A stretch of 64,000 nucleotides of DNA, taken from contig CAVURJ010000002.1 of the NCBI GenBank assembly GCA_963743885.1, positions 369,706-433,705 on the forward strand, given 5' to 3'. The translations under genes and the position numbers were made by a program. Under the pieces are notes generated by a model. The model searched no databases and was not told the DNA's origin. It saw only the letters and a list, made by a program, of their open reading frames with translations. Source of the stretch: Candidatus Moraniibacteriota bacterium. GTDB taxonomy: Bacteria; Patescibacteriota; Minisyncoccia; Moranbacterales; UBA1568. Positions 48,099 to 57,718 of the stretch are shown here, piece by piece. Each line of letters opens with the position of its first letter. Positions within the stretch are counted from its first letter, which is position 1.

Positions 48099-48971
48099 TC
48101 AACGCGAACTATCAAGAGGCAATCCTGATTTCGACATCAGATGGTCGTTCCCGGAGAGCGTCTTCACGGGAAATGCCCCAAGATCAGATATCCTGACTCC
48201 GGCCTGGAACGACTCGAGATCATTACTGCCATAAACAACGACGGTCCGCGCGATAGGCGGTTTGATCTTCTCAATCTCCATTTCGATCCGATCGAGTGGG
48301 AGATTCATGGCGCCGCTGATATGGCGTTCCCGGAAAGCTGATTCGTTTTGAACATCGATTAGAAAAATCGTATCGTTTGATATTTCAAGCGTTTTCCGGA
48401 GCTCTTCTGGGGATATATATAATACCTTCGATTGATCAGAAAATGATTTCGGATCTCCTATCGAGATTATCGGATAGTGCGCTGATTTCCAGGCTTCTAT
48501 GCCACCATCGAGCAAAACGAATGATCCGGGATGTTTGCTCATTATGTTTTCAATCGTTTCCGATGTTAGAACATCATTTGTAGCAATAACAAGCACTGAA
48601 AGGATATCCGTATCCGAAGTGAGAGACGAAAGGGTTAGATTCTGCGATCCGTTTATATGCTCACGGCGGTAAGCTTCTTCGGGACGAAGATCGATAATCC
48701 GAATCGAATCACCGTTTGAAATTTTTTGCGAAAGCGATGCTGGATCAATCGATTGAAGATGCGGGTAATCTTTTTTCGTATCGTCAGTTGACAGCGGAGC
48801 GCCGTCCGACGAAAACAATCCTCCATAGAGGCTTGGAAAAAATGATTTCGAAGCGAAATACGTCCCAATAAAAAAAATGAATGCAAACCCGACTAAAAAC
48901 GCATATATATCACCTTTTCGTACCATTATCCGCCTATTTTCTCCTGTTGTTTCCATATGAAATCGAATCAT
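48099..48971 (-). CDS. Membrane-anchored tandem rhodanese-like protein
   Basis: IIDLR..EAY...HI.GS and LIDV...F...HI.GA repeats; no active-site Cys evident. Confidence 0.75.
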   Translation of the reverse strand: MIRFHMETTGENRRIMVRKGDIYAFLVGFAFIFFIGTYFASKSFFPSLYGGLFSSDGAPLSTDDTKKDYPHLQSIDPASLSQKISNGDSIRIIDLRPEEAYRREHINGSQNLTLSSLTSDTDILSVLVIATNDVLTSETIENIMSKHPGSFVLLDGGIEAWKSAHYPIISIGDPKSFSDQSKVLYISPEELRKTLEISNDTIFLIDVQNESAFRERHISGAMNLPLDRIEMEIEKIKPPIARTVVVYGSNDLESFQAGVRISDLGAFPVKTLSGNDHLMSKSGLPLDSSR

Positions 48972-50035
48972 TGAAGGTTGGATCCTATGAATTCCTGATT
49001 GCCGCGGACAAACTCCGCGATGCCCATCCGGGTCTTGCCTTCGAGCTGGATCTCTTCAAGAAAGATAATACCGGATCCAGCCTGGACACCGACTTTCTCA
49101 CCGACCTCGACGACCTGGCCGAGCGGATAGCCTGCCTGTGGGGACTGTTTCTGATATGACACTTTATGAAGCTTGAGACGGAGCAGTCCATCATCCTTCT
49201 TCCAGAAAGCGAAGATGCCCGGCCAAGGGAAAAGCGCCCGGTAACGGTTGTAGATGCTTTCGGCATCATCAGTCCAGACGATATGGCCATCATTACGCTC
49301 GATCAGCTGGCAGAGCGTCGCTTGGCTACCATCTTGCGGCGTAGCCGATATCGTGCGCCGTACCCATACCGGAAGCGTCCGGAGGAGCAGATCGCGCCCA
49401 AGACCGGTCAAGCGGAGCAAGAGGAGCTCTTTCGTCTCGTCCGGACCGATATCCGTCCTTTCCTGGGCTATGATATCACCTGTATCCATGCCTTTGTCCA
49501 TGAGCATAATCGTCACACCCGTCTCGGTCTCACCAGCCAGAAGCGCGTTCTGGATAGGGGAGGCACCTCGCCATTTCGGCAGAAGCGACGCATGCACATT
49601 GATGCAGCCAAAACCAGGGATATCGAGTACGGACTGCGGCAGGATCTTGCCATAGGCGGCGACAACGATCAGATCTGGCTTCCAAAGAGCGATCTTCTTG
49701 ATCGCCTCTTCGTCCAGCTTCTCGGGCTGTTCAATGGAGAGTGAGTGCTCAAGCGCGACTTCCTTGACGCGACTCGCGACTGGCTCCTGTTCGCGACCAG
49801 CCGGCTTGTCCGGCTTTGTGACAACACCAACGACATTGTACCCATCATCAATGAGGCCATCGAGCATGACTGCGGCAAACTCCGGCGTGCCCATGAAGAC
49901 GACTCGAATCTTGGTGTTAGCACCGTTTTCCTTCGGCGATGCCACCGATGCCGAAGAGGTCACCGTCACGGGTATTGACTGGGAGTCGTCAGGCTCCTCA
50001 TTCTTTCCCGGCTTCATCATATCGATCCAGGCCAT
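48968..50035 (-). CDS. fmt: Methionyl-tRNA formyltransferase
   Basis: FMGTPEFA, NVHASLLPKWRGASPI and MDTGDI motifs. Confidence 0.95.
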   Translation of the reverse strand: MAWIDMMKPGKNEEPDDSQSIPVTVTSSASVASPKENGANTKIRVVFMGTPEFAAVMLDGLIDDGYNVVGVVTKPDKPAGREQEPVASRVKEVALEHSLSIEQPEKLDEEAIKKIALWKPDLIVVAAYGKILPQSVLDIPGFGCINVHASLLPKWRGASPIQNALLAGETETGVTIMLMDKGMDTGDIIAQERTDIGPDETKELLLLRLTGLGRDLLLRTLPVWVRRTISATPQDGSQATLCQLIERNDGHIVWTDDAESIYNRYRALFPWPGIFAFWKKDDGLLRLKLHKVSYQKQSPQAGYPLGQVVEVGEKVGVQAGSGIIFLEEIQLEGKTRMGIAEFVRGNQEFIGSNLQ

Positions 50036-50052
50036 AGGTATGAGATACTATC

Positions 50053-50541
50053 TTAGAGTTTTATCTTTGCTTGCTTCTGCTGCTTCTTGTAACGGTCGCA
50101 AATGAGGATGCCATCGAGATGATCGACTTCGTGCTGGATGACGATAGCGAGGAAGCCTTCCGCACGGAGCTTTTTCGGCAAGCCTTTCTCGTTGAGATAT
50201 TTCACCGTCAAGCCCTCCGATCGGACGATAGGGAAGAATTCGCCTGGAAGTGACAGGCAACCTTCCTCAAAGAGAATCTTCTCCTGCGAGAGCGAAGTGA
50301 TCTCGGGATTGATGAGAAAATACTGCTTTTCGTCGACTTCCATGACAGCGAGACGAATCGACTGACCAATCTGCGGCGCCGCGAGACCAACACCTTCCTC
50401 GCGATGCATCGTCTCAATCATTTCAGGCAGGAGTGCTTGAATCTCAGGCGCGAGCGGATCCGCGACGAGTGCAGTCTTCGCGTGAAGCATGTCATTCTTG
50501 GCACCAGTAACGAGAGAGAGCATATGCAATAAGGGAATCAA
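50053..50541 (-). CDS. def: Peptide deformylase
   Basis: GVGLAAPQIG, EGCLS and QHEVDH motifs. Confidence 0.95.
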   Translation of the reverse strand: MIPLLHMLSLVTGAKNDMLHAKTALVADPLAPEIQALLPEMIETMHREEGVGLAAPQIGQSIRLAVMEVDEKQYFLINPEITSLSQEKILFEEGCLSLPGEFFPIVRSEGLTVKYLNEKGLPKKLRAEGFLAIVIQHEVDHLDGILICDRYKKQQKQAKIKL

Positions 50542-52496
50542 TAGAACGAGAGGGGATCGACATCGATGATACAGGATGTGTCTTTGGCGAACGGGCGGAG
50601 CTCGGCATAGGGCAGCTCTTCCGAAACCGGTACGCGAAGCAGGAATGCACTCTCGGAGATCCGCTGCCGCTGCAGTGTCCGCGCAGTCCGCGGCGCGCTC
50701 TGCCTGATAGGCAGATGCTGCTTGAGAAATGCTTGCTTGAGGCTCTCAGCGGCTTTTCCTGCCAGGCGCTCAGCCTTCTTCGGATCAGGATCACGGAAAG
50801 AAAGAGCGACAAGCCTTGAAAAGGGCGGGTAGCCGAGTCCTTCGCGGTCGGCAGTCAGACGCTTCGCGAACTCGTAACTGTCATACGCCGACACCTGCTG
50901 CAAAAAGGCGCTTTCCGGATGGAACGTCTGGATGACGACCTGTCCGGGGCCGACTCTTTTCACGGCCCGTTCCAGATGCTGGAAGAGGCGCTCATCGGAG
51001 CGAAAATCCGGGAAAGAAAGCAGGCTATCCGCATCAATCATACCAATCAGAGCGAGTTTCGGCAAGGCAAAATCCTTAAGGATCATCTGTGTCCCGATGA
51101 GGATATCGATCTTTCCTGAGGCTGATTTTTCATAAAGATCCTCCGCCGCTCCTGGCTTGCGCATGGTCGAGCTGTCAGCCCGAAAGACAGATGCACCAGG
51201 AAACATCTTACGGACCTCCTTCTCCACGCGCTCGGTACCGAAACCGATGTTCCGGAAAGAGAGGTGGCCGCACTGCGGACACTTTGGGAAAAGCCCTGTC
51301 TTCCAACCGCAGCCGAGACAGCGATAATCACCGTCTTTCGTCCCGGTGAGCGTTTTGCCGCACTCCGGACAACGGAAGATGCTCTTGCAATCTTCGCAGA
51401 CCGAGAATGCGCTCATACCCTGGCGATGAATATAGAGCAGTGCCTGTCCTCCCGATGCGAGCACTGATCGGATCCGGGCGACGAGATCTTCCGAGAGAGG
51501 GGAGTAATTCTTCCTCCATCGCTCTAGGCGGAGGTTGACGACAGCAAGCTTTCCGCCGAATGCCGGCAAAAGAGAGAGTGGGCGAAGCGGCACGAATTCG
51601 TTGACTGCGATATGGTAGCGGCTCTCGATGCTCGGCGTCTCGGATACAAAGAGCAGCCTGGAATGATGGAGTCCCGAGAGGATGGTAGCAGCACGGCGGG
51701 CATCGTAGCGCGGGCTCATATCCCACTGCTTGTAGCTCTCATCCTGCTCTTCGGCGATGACGATGAGCCCGAGACCCTTCCAGGGGGCGAAAAGACCCTG
51801 GCGGGTAGCGATGACAACCTTCGCCTCACCAGCGCGGATCCGCTCCCAGGTTTCGCAGTACGGACCATCCGCCAGCTGACTATGGAGCACGGCGATATCC
51901 TCGGCCGGAAAATACGTCCGATAAGCAGCCTCGAACGCCGGAATGAGCGTGATCTCTGGGACGAGCACGAGAACTTGCCGCTTCTTCGTCATCGCTTTCT
52001 TCGAGAGGAGCGCGAGACAATGCTTCGGGTCATCAAGTCCGGTCGTATCGAGATAGAGCGGCGCATCAGCCTGACTTTTCCCGAAGATAGCGAGCGGCAC
52101 CGACTCGTCCTTGCGCGCTTTCAATGCGAGCGGCTTCTCTTTTTCGGCAGCCGCCTTCTTCCTTGCCTTCGCCTGCTTCGGCAGAAAATGCTTGAGCGTC
52201 TTGCCAAGCGGCGTCAGGTATTCCTCGCTGATCGCTTCGGCGAGCGTGCGCTGCTCCTCGGATAGATGCGCGGATGATATGACGCTCGAGACATGCTTCA
52301 TCCACTGTGGGGCGCGGCCCGGGAACGCTTGGCTCTTCCAAACCACGCCTTCGATCTCGCGTTTGCCGAAAGGCATCCGAACGAGCGACCCAGGAACGAT
52401 GTCTGTATCAGAGAGGTAGCTGAAAAACGGTGACCGACTCAGGGGCAAGATCACGAGCGGAGCGATTTCCAGGCGGTAGAGTGATGTTTTCTTCAT
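50538..52496 (-). CDS. priA: Primosomal protein N' (degenerate ATPase motifs)
   Basis: LVPEI, SYKQ..PRYDAR, four CxxC pairs, GTERVE, LIGTQM and PDFR motifs. Confidence 0.9.
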   Translation of the reverse strand: MKKTSLYRLEIAPLVILPLSRSPFFSYLSDTDIVPGSLVRMPFGKREIEGVVWKSQAFPGRAPQWMKHVSSVISSAHLSEEQRTLAEAISEEYLTPLGKTLKHFLPKQAKARKKAAAEKEKPLALKARKDESVPLAIFGKSQADAPLYLDTTGLDDPKHCLALLSKKAMTKKRQVLVLVPEITLIPAFEAAYRTYFPAEDIAVLHSQLADGPYCETWERIRAGEAKVVIATRQGLFAPWKGLGLIVIAEEQDESYKQWDMSPRYDARRAATILSGLHHSRLLFVSETPSIESRYHIAVNEFVPLRPLSLLPAFGGKLAVVNLRLERWRKNYSPLSEDLVARIRSVLASGGQALLYIHRQGMSAFSVCEDCKSIFRCPECGKTLTGTKDGDYRCLGCGWKTGLFPKCPQCGHLSFRNIGFGTERVEKEVRKMFPGASVFRADSSTMRKPGAAEDLYEKSASGKIDILIGTQMILKDFALPKLALIGMIDADSLLSFPDFRSDERLFQHLERAVKRVGPGQVVIQTFHPESAFLQQVSAYDSYEFAKRLTADREGLGYPPFSRLVALSFRDPDPKKAERLAGKAAESLKQAFLKQHLPIRQSAPRTARTLQRQRISESAFLLRVPVSEELPYAELRPFAKDTSCIIDVDPLSFY

Positions 52497-52522
52497 GCCT
52501 TCATAGTAGCACATGGTGTCAT

Positions 52523-52695
52523 GGATTACAGGCTTGGTTTTCCCTTCTGTGGCCGATGTCGAACATGCCTGACTCGCTCACCGAACAGGGAGCTATCCGG
52601 TCGAAGCATCCCGTCACGCTCGACCGTTACCGGCTCGCTCATCACGCCTGTTACCGACATCTTACCAATGAAGAGGAAAACCAAGCCTGTAATCC
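52523..52695. other. 173-bp rod-like palindromic element (MITE or 6S-like ncRNA)
   Basis: Perfect 21-bp terminal IR plus nested internal stems. Confidence 0.6.
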
Positions 52696-52743
52696 TAGAC
52701 TTGTATTTGATTTTTTGGCTCAAATAGGCTATCATCAACACAT

Positions 52744-53292
52744 ATGAACAAGACCCGAAGATTATTCGTCGGTATCCCGCTCTCTCCGCCACTTCGGAAG
52801 CGGCTGAAAAAGGAGATGCTTTCCTGGCCCAAGGAGGCCGTGCTTCAGACTGCCGAAGACAACCTCCACGTGACGCTCATGTTCCTCGGATTCGTCCATG
52901 AGGAGGACGTGCCGGAGATGTGCGCCCGGGTAGGGGAGGTCTGCGAGGATATTCAGGCTTTTGAGCTTTCCTTCACCGGTATGGAGCTCCAGGATAGCGA
53001 GGAAAATCCAAAGACGATCTGGCTCCGCGGCGAGCCGAGCGAGGAACTGAAGGCGCTCCGCGAAGCGCTCGAAAAGGCGTTCTCAGCCTTCATCACGGAA
53101 AAGAAAGCCTACCGTCCGCATATCACGCTTGCCAAGATCAAGAAGTCAAAGTGGCTGAAACTGGAAACAAAGCCAGCACTCAAAGAGAAGATCAACCTCA
53201 TCGAGCCGGTCGATACAGTCGCGGTCTTCGAGAGTCTTTCAATCGACGGCAAACGCCGCTATGAGCAGATAGATACCTTTCCGCTCGAATAA
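52744..53292 (+). CDS. thpR: RNA 2',3'-cyclic phosphodiesterase (2H family)
   Basis: RLFVGI, HVTL and PHITLA motifs. Confidence 0.9.
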   Translation: MNKTRRLFVGIPLSPPLRKRLKKEMLSWPKEAVLQTAEDNLHVTLMFLGFVHEEDVPEMCARVGEVCEDIQAFELSFTGMELQDSEENPKTIWLRGEPSEELKALREALEKAFSAFITEKKAYRPHITLAKIKKSKWLKLETKPALKEKINLIEPVDTVAVFESLSIDGKRRYEQIDTFPLE

Positions 53293-53336
53293 CGAGCGCG
53301 TAACTGGTAATTTGTAAATCGGTAACTGGGAAGAGG

Positions 53337-54059
53337 ATGGAGATACTCGGCATCCCGATAGACAATCTTTCTAAAAAAGAGGTCCTGAATCATATCCGGG
53401 GATTTTTGGATGAACCAAGATACCATCGCACCGCGACGGTCAACCCAGAGTTCCTCTTGCTTGCAGAGCAGGATGCTGCATTCCATGAAGCACTCCTCGC
53501 GGCCGACCTCCGTATTACTGACGGCTTTGGCATCGTCCTTGCTGGACTACTCCACGGCCGATGCATCACACGTTTTCCCGGGGCTGATCTCATGGAAGCG
53601 ATCTTGGAAATCGCGAACAAACACAAGCTTTCGATCTACCTCGCCGTCCGCGCTGACGGACTCTCTTCGTATGAGGAGGTGGCGACGGCGATATCAAAAA
53701 AATATCCGGGCTTGAATATTGATGGTGCAAATATGGATACGGAATCCGTATGCCGTATACCGTATGCCGGCATCGGAACCGATATACGATATACGAAATA
53801 CGATATACTCCTCTGCAACTTCGGCGCGCCCGAACAAGAACTCTTTCTCGCAAATCTGAAAAACAATCCTAAAAATATACGCCTCGGCATGGGTGTCGGC
53901 GGCAGCTTCGATTATCTGACTGGCAAACTACGCCGCGCCCCGAAGTGCCTACGCATGTTCGGTCTCGAGTGGCTCTGGCGCCTCATCCTCCAACCGAAAC
54001 GTTTCGGGCGCATCTGGAACGCTGTGATCGTCTTTCCTTGGAGATGCATGACTAGATGA
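53337..54059 (+). CDS. WecB/TagA/CpsF glycosyltransferase
   Basis: TVNPE, DGFG, G.PEQE, GVGGSFD and GLEWLWRL motifs. Confidence 0.92.
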   Translation: MEILGIPIDNLSKKEVLNHIRGFLDEPRYHRTATVNPEFLLLAEQDAAFHEALLAADLRITDGFGIVLAGLLHGRCITRFPGADLMEAILEIANKHKLSIYLAVRADGLSSYEEVATAISKKYPGLNIDGANMDTESVCRIPYAGIGTDIRYTKYDILLCNFGAPEQELFLANLKNNPKNIRLGMGVGGSFDYLTGKLRRAPKCLRMFGLEWLWRLILQPKRFGRIWNAVIVFPWRCMTR

Positions 54060-54072
54060 CAAACAATATTTT

Positions 54073-54687
54073 ATGAAACATTTTTTACAAAGCGATAGGT
54101 TCCTTTATTTACTATTTGGGCTTTCTATTTTTTCCATCGTATTAAATGCATTCCCGGGATTACTGTGGAGCATAGTCACTTGGGAAAACGGGAGGATATT
54201 TGAATTGTTATTCTTATTTGCTACAGCACTAGGTGTTTTTCTTGCTTTTTATCAATTTAGAATTACGAATGAAAGACAGAAAAAGATTGATTACTCTTCG
54301 GTAAGTGTAAATATAAAAAGCGGAACGGAAGGGGAAGTGGGAATATTTACTATTACAAATTATGGTGATATTGAGCACATGATAAGGGTTGAAAAAGCCA
54401 TACTTAATGACGGTACGCAAACACCAACTGATTCAGAGATAGACACCCCGTCATTTGAAAAAGTATTTTTTGGATTGATCAAGCCAAAACAGAATATAGA
54501 TCTTCATTTATTTAATTTATCAATTGAAGAAATCTTTGTTTATCGTGGATTAGTAAGACTAACAATTGATAATAAGGTAATTACGGAAACTAAGGTCAAG
54601 TTTTCTGGAAAACATGCAGAGACCATCAAAGATAAATGCCAATATTTGCACCCATTCTATAAATGGATCATATACTCTCAGAAATAG
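54073..54687 (+). CDS. Hypothetical membrane protein (low GC)
   Basis: 204-aa AT-rich ORF with two N-terminal TMs. Confidence 0.6.
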   Translation: MKHFLQSDRFLYLLFGLSIFSIVLNAFPGLLWSIVTWENGRIFELLFLFATALGVFLAFYQFRITNERQKKIDYSSVSVNIKSGTEGEVGIFTITNYGDIEHMIRVEKAILNDGTQTPTDSEIDTPSFEKVFFGLIKPKQNIDLHLFNLSIEEIFVYRGLVRLTIDNKVITETKVKFSGKHAETIKDKCQYLHPFYKWIIYSQK

Positions 54688-54773
54688 ATTACTTGGCAAA
54701 ATAGCTAAATAATGCCATAATTTAGCCATAAATTGCTTTCCGTTTTCTGCTAATTGTTGACTGTTGACTGCTT

Positions 54774-56312
54774 ATGTCTGTCCGTGTCCGTTTTGCCCCA
54801 TCACCGACCGGTTATCTCCATGTCGGAGGTCTCCGTACTGCGCTCTATAATTATCTCTTCGCCAAGCGCCACGGCGGCACGTTCATTCTGCGCGTCGAGG
54901 ATACTGATCGGAACCGTTTCGTCGAAGGAGCGGTCGAGAGCCTGGCACAGGTGATGGAAACGACCGGCCTCATCCCGAATGAAGGCGTATTTAGACAGTC
55001 AACAGTCAACAGTCAACAGTCAACAACTCAGGAATCGAAGAACTATCCTGGAATGGTGGAGGTCGGCGAGCATGGTCCGTACATCCAGTCCGAGCGTCTC
55101 GATATCTATCGGCAGTATGCGGACGAGCTTCTTGCGAACGGCAAGGCCTATCATTGTTTCTGCACAGCCGAGCGTCTCGAGCAGGTGCGCGCGGAGCAAT
55201 CAGCGAACAAGCAAGCGCCGCGATATGACAAGCACTGCCTCGCCTTGCCGAAGGACGAGGTAGAGCGCCGGATCAATGCGGGGGAACCGCACGTCATCCG
55301 TCTCAATGTTTCCATCGACAGGGGAGATATCGTCTTTGATGATCTCGTACGTGGATCAGTGAAGATCAATGCCAAGGACATCGACGATCAGGTACTCATG
55401 AAGTCGGATGGTTTCCCGACCTATCATCTCGCGAACGTCGTCGATGACCATCTCATGGAGATCTCGCACGTCATCCGTGCTGAAGAGTGGCTACCATCGA
55501 CGCCGAAACATATCCTGCTCTACGAAGCGTTCGGTTGGGAGGCGCCGCAGTTCGCACACATTCCGCTCCTTCTTAATCCTGACAAGAGCAAGCTCTCCAA
55601 GCGCCAGGGTGATGTCGCTGTTGAAGACTATCTCAAGAAGGGCTACCTCAAAGAAGCGCTCATCAACTTCGTCGCCCTCCTCGGATGGAATCCAGGATCC
55701 GGCAGCACGGAAGAAATCTTCTCGCTCGATGAGCTCGCTGCAATTTTTGATCTCGCCCAGGTCCACAAGGCCGGCGCCGTCTTCGATCTGAAAAAACTCG
55801 ACTGGATGAACGCCGAATACATCAAGCAACTCACTCTGGATGATCTTTATGAGAAAGCTTTGCCTTTCTTAGAATCAAGAATCCAGAATCAAGAATCCAG
55901 AATCAAGAACCAAAATGAAAATGTGACATTTTTAAAAAAGGTATTAGCGATAGAACAGGAAAGATTGGCGAAATTATCTGACGCTGGTGTGAACAATCCG
56001 TTCTTCTTCGCCGAACCGTCATACGAAGCGGTGCTCCTCAACTGGAAAGACAACTCAGCCGAAGCGACCAAGGAAGCGCTCGAGAAGGCGCATGGCATCC
56101 TTGAGAATCTCACCGATATCGAATGGGAGAAGCGCGACGTCATCGAACGAATCCTGCTCGAAGCAGCAGGGGAGAAGCGCGGCGATTTCCTCTGGCCGCT
56201 CCGCGTCGCCCTGACCGGTGCACAGAAGTCCCCTTCGCCATCCGACTGCGCCTGGGTGCTCGGCCGCGATATGAGCCTCATCCGCATCCGCCAGGCCATC
56301 GAAAAACTTTAG
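54774..56312 (+). CDS. gltX: Glutamate--tRNA ligase
   Basis: RFAPSPTGYLHVGG, PTYHLANVVDD and KLSKR motifs. Confidence 0.97.
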   Translation: MSVRVRFAPSPTGYLHVGGLRTALYNYLFAKRHGGTFILRVEDTDRNRFVEGAVESLAQVMETTGLIPNEGVFRQSTVNSQQSTTQESKNYPGMVEVGEHGPYIQSERLDIYRQYADELLANGKAYHCFCTAERLEQVRAEQSANKQAPRYDKHCLALPKDEVERRINAGEPHVIRLNVSIDRGDIVFDDLVRGSVKINAKDIDDQVLMKSDGFPTYHLANVVDDHLMEISHVIRAEEWLPSTPKHILLYEAFGWEAPQFAHIPLLLNPDKSKLSKRQGDVAVEDYLKKGYLKEALINFVALLGWNPGSGSTEEIFSLDELAAIFDLAQVHKAGAVFDLKKLDWMNAEYIKQLTLDDLYEKALPFLESRIQNQESRIKNQNENVTFLKKVLAIEQERLAKLSDAGVNNPFFFAEPSYEAVLLNWKDNSAEATKEALEKAHGILENLTDIEWEKRDVIERILLEAAGEKRGDFLWPLRVALTGAQKSPSPSDCAWVLGRDMSLIRIRQAIEKL

Positions 56313-56400
56313 GTAACTTTGTTCAAATTTCGCTGAAACAGGCTTATCCGCCAGCCGGCGGAGGCCTGTTTTCGTTTGTGGTATACTAAAAGGTACTGCG

Positions 56401-57660
56401 ATGGATACAAAAAAAACACACTACAGTACCGCTTCTTGGATCATAGCGGCCGCGTTCTGCGGTATGCTCGCTTTCCCTATCCAGACAGCCCTCGCTGCCG
56501 ACGATCTCGATGATCTGGAAGACCAGTATGATGAGAACGCCGCCAAGATCAAAGCCTACAACAAAATCATCGAACTAAAACAACGACAAGGTATCACGCT
56601 CTCGAGTCAGATCGCCACGCTCCAATCCCAGACCGACAAGCTGGAAAAGGAGATCGGCGAGAACAAGCAGAAACTCGAGGATCTCGAGGGGAGTATCACC
56701 GCTCTTTCTTCGCGCATCACCGAGAAGGAAAGCGTGATCAACCAGCAGCGCCGGATGCTCTCGGAGCTCATGCGCTCCTCATACGACGATGCGCTCATTG
56801 GCGCCGTCGTCCCGGTCGTCTTTTCTCCAGCGGAAGCGCTCGGCTATTTCCGCAGGGAAGATGCTTCTGCTGCCGCAAGCGACAAGCTGCGCGATATGCT
56901 CGACTCGATGAAGACGCTCCGCGAAAGCCTCGTCAAGGAAAAATCTGATCTCGACCAGAAGAGAAAAGAAGCCGGCGACATCCACGCCCAACTTCTCGAA
57001 CAGAATAGCTACCTCGAGAGCGCCGAGAGTAGCAAGCGTTCCCTCCTCGCCAAGACATCCGCCGAACAACAGAAATATGCCACGCTCGTGAAGTCACTCG
57101 AGGAAGAACAGAAGGATATCGAAGATGAAATCAACAACCTTCAGGCCGGAGAGATCGGATCGCTCTCCGATGCTGATATGCCGAAGTCGCAGAAAGGCCT
57201 GCTTGACTGGCCGGTCAGCAAAGTCACTATCACTCAAGGCTACGGCATGACCTCGTACGCCAAGAAGGGCGCCTACGGCGGCGGCCCGCACAACGGCATC
57301 GATTTCGGCATTCCGACCGGCACATCTATCTATGCGCCGCTCGGCGGCAAAGTCGCCGCGACCGGCAGCATGTACAAGAATAGTCGCTGGTACGGCTATG
57401 GCCGATGGATCGCCATCGACCACGGCAACGGCATGGTGACCCTCTATGGCCACCTCTCTTCCATATCCGCCAAGAAGGGCGCGACTGTGAAGGCTGGGGA
57501 TAAGATCGGTTCCTCCGGTAACACCGGCTATTCCACTGGCCCGCACCTCCATTTCTCCGTCTTTTCATCCAAGTCATTCAAGGTCGTGCCTTCGTCGAAA
57601 GTCAAAGGCGTCTATCTGCCATACGGCGCGCACGTCAATCCGACGAAGTATCTTCCGTAA
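56401..57660 (+). CDS. Coiled-coil M23 peptidase (EnvC/CwlO-like)
   Basis: Signal peptide, coiled coil, HNGIDF, YGHL and TGPHLHF motifs. Confidence 0.9.
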   Translation: MDTKKTHYSTASWIIAAAFCGMLAFPIQTALAADDLDDLEDQYDENAAKIKAYNKIIELKQRQGITLSSQIATLQSQTDKLEKEIGENKQKLEDLEGSITALSSRITEKESVINQQRRMLSELMRSSYDDALIGAVVPVVFSPAEALGYFRREDASAAASDKLRDMLDSMKTLRESLVKEKSDLDQKRKEAGDIHAQLLEQNSYLESAESSKRSLLAKTSAEQQKYATLVKSLEEEQKDIEDEINNLQAGEIGSLSDADMPKSQKGLLDWPVSKVTITQGYGMTSYAKKGAYGGGPHNGIDFGIPTGTSIYAPLGGKVAATGSMYKNSRWYGYGRWIAIDHGNGMVTLYGHLSSISAKKGATVKAGDKIGSSGNTGYSTGPHLHFSVFSSKSFKVVPSSKVKGVYLPYGAHVNPTKYLP

Positions 57661-57718
57661 AATTCCAATTGCCAGTTAACGGGTTCGAGAGCTAACGTGT
57701 TACGTTAAAGAATTTCTT

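Noticed and set aside
28342-53292. RtcB plus ThpR as an RNA-repair operon
   Set aside because: 23 kb apart on opposite strands; no rtcA, rtcR or Ro60 seen
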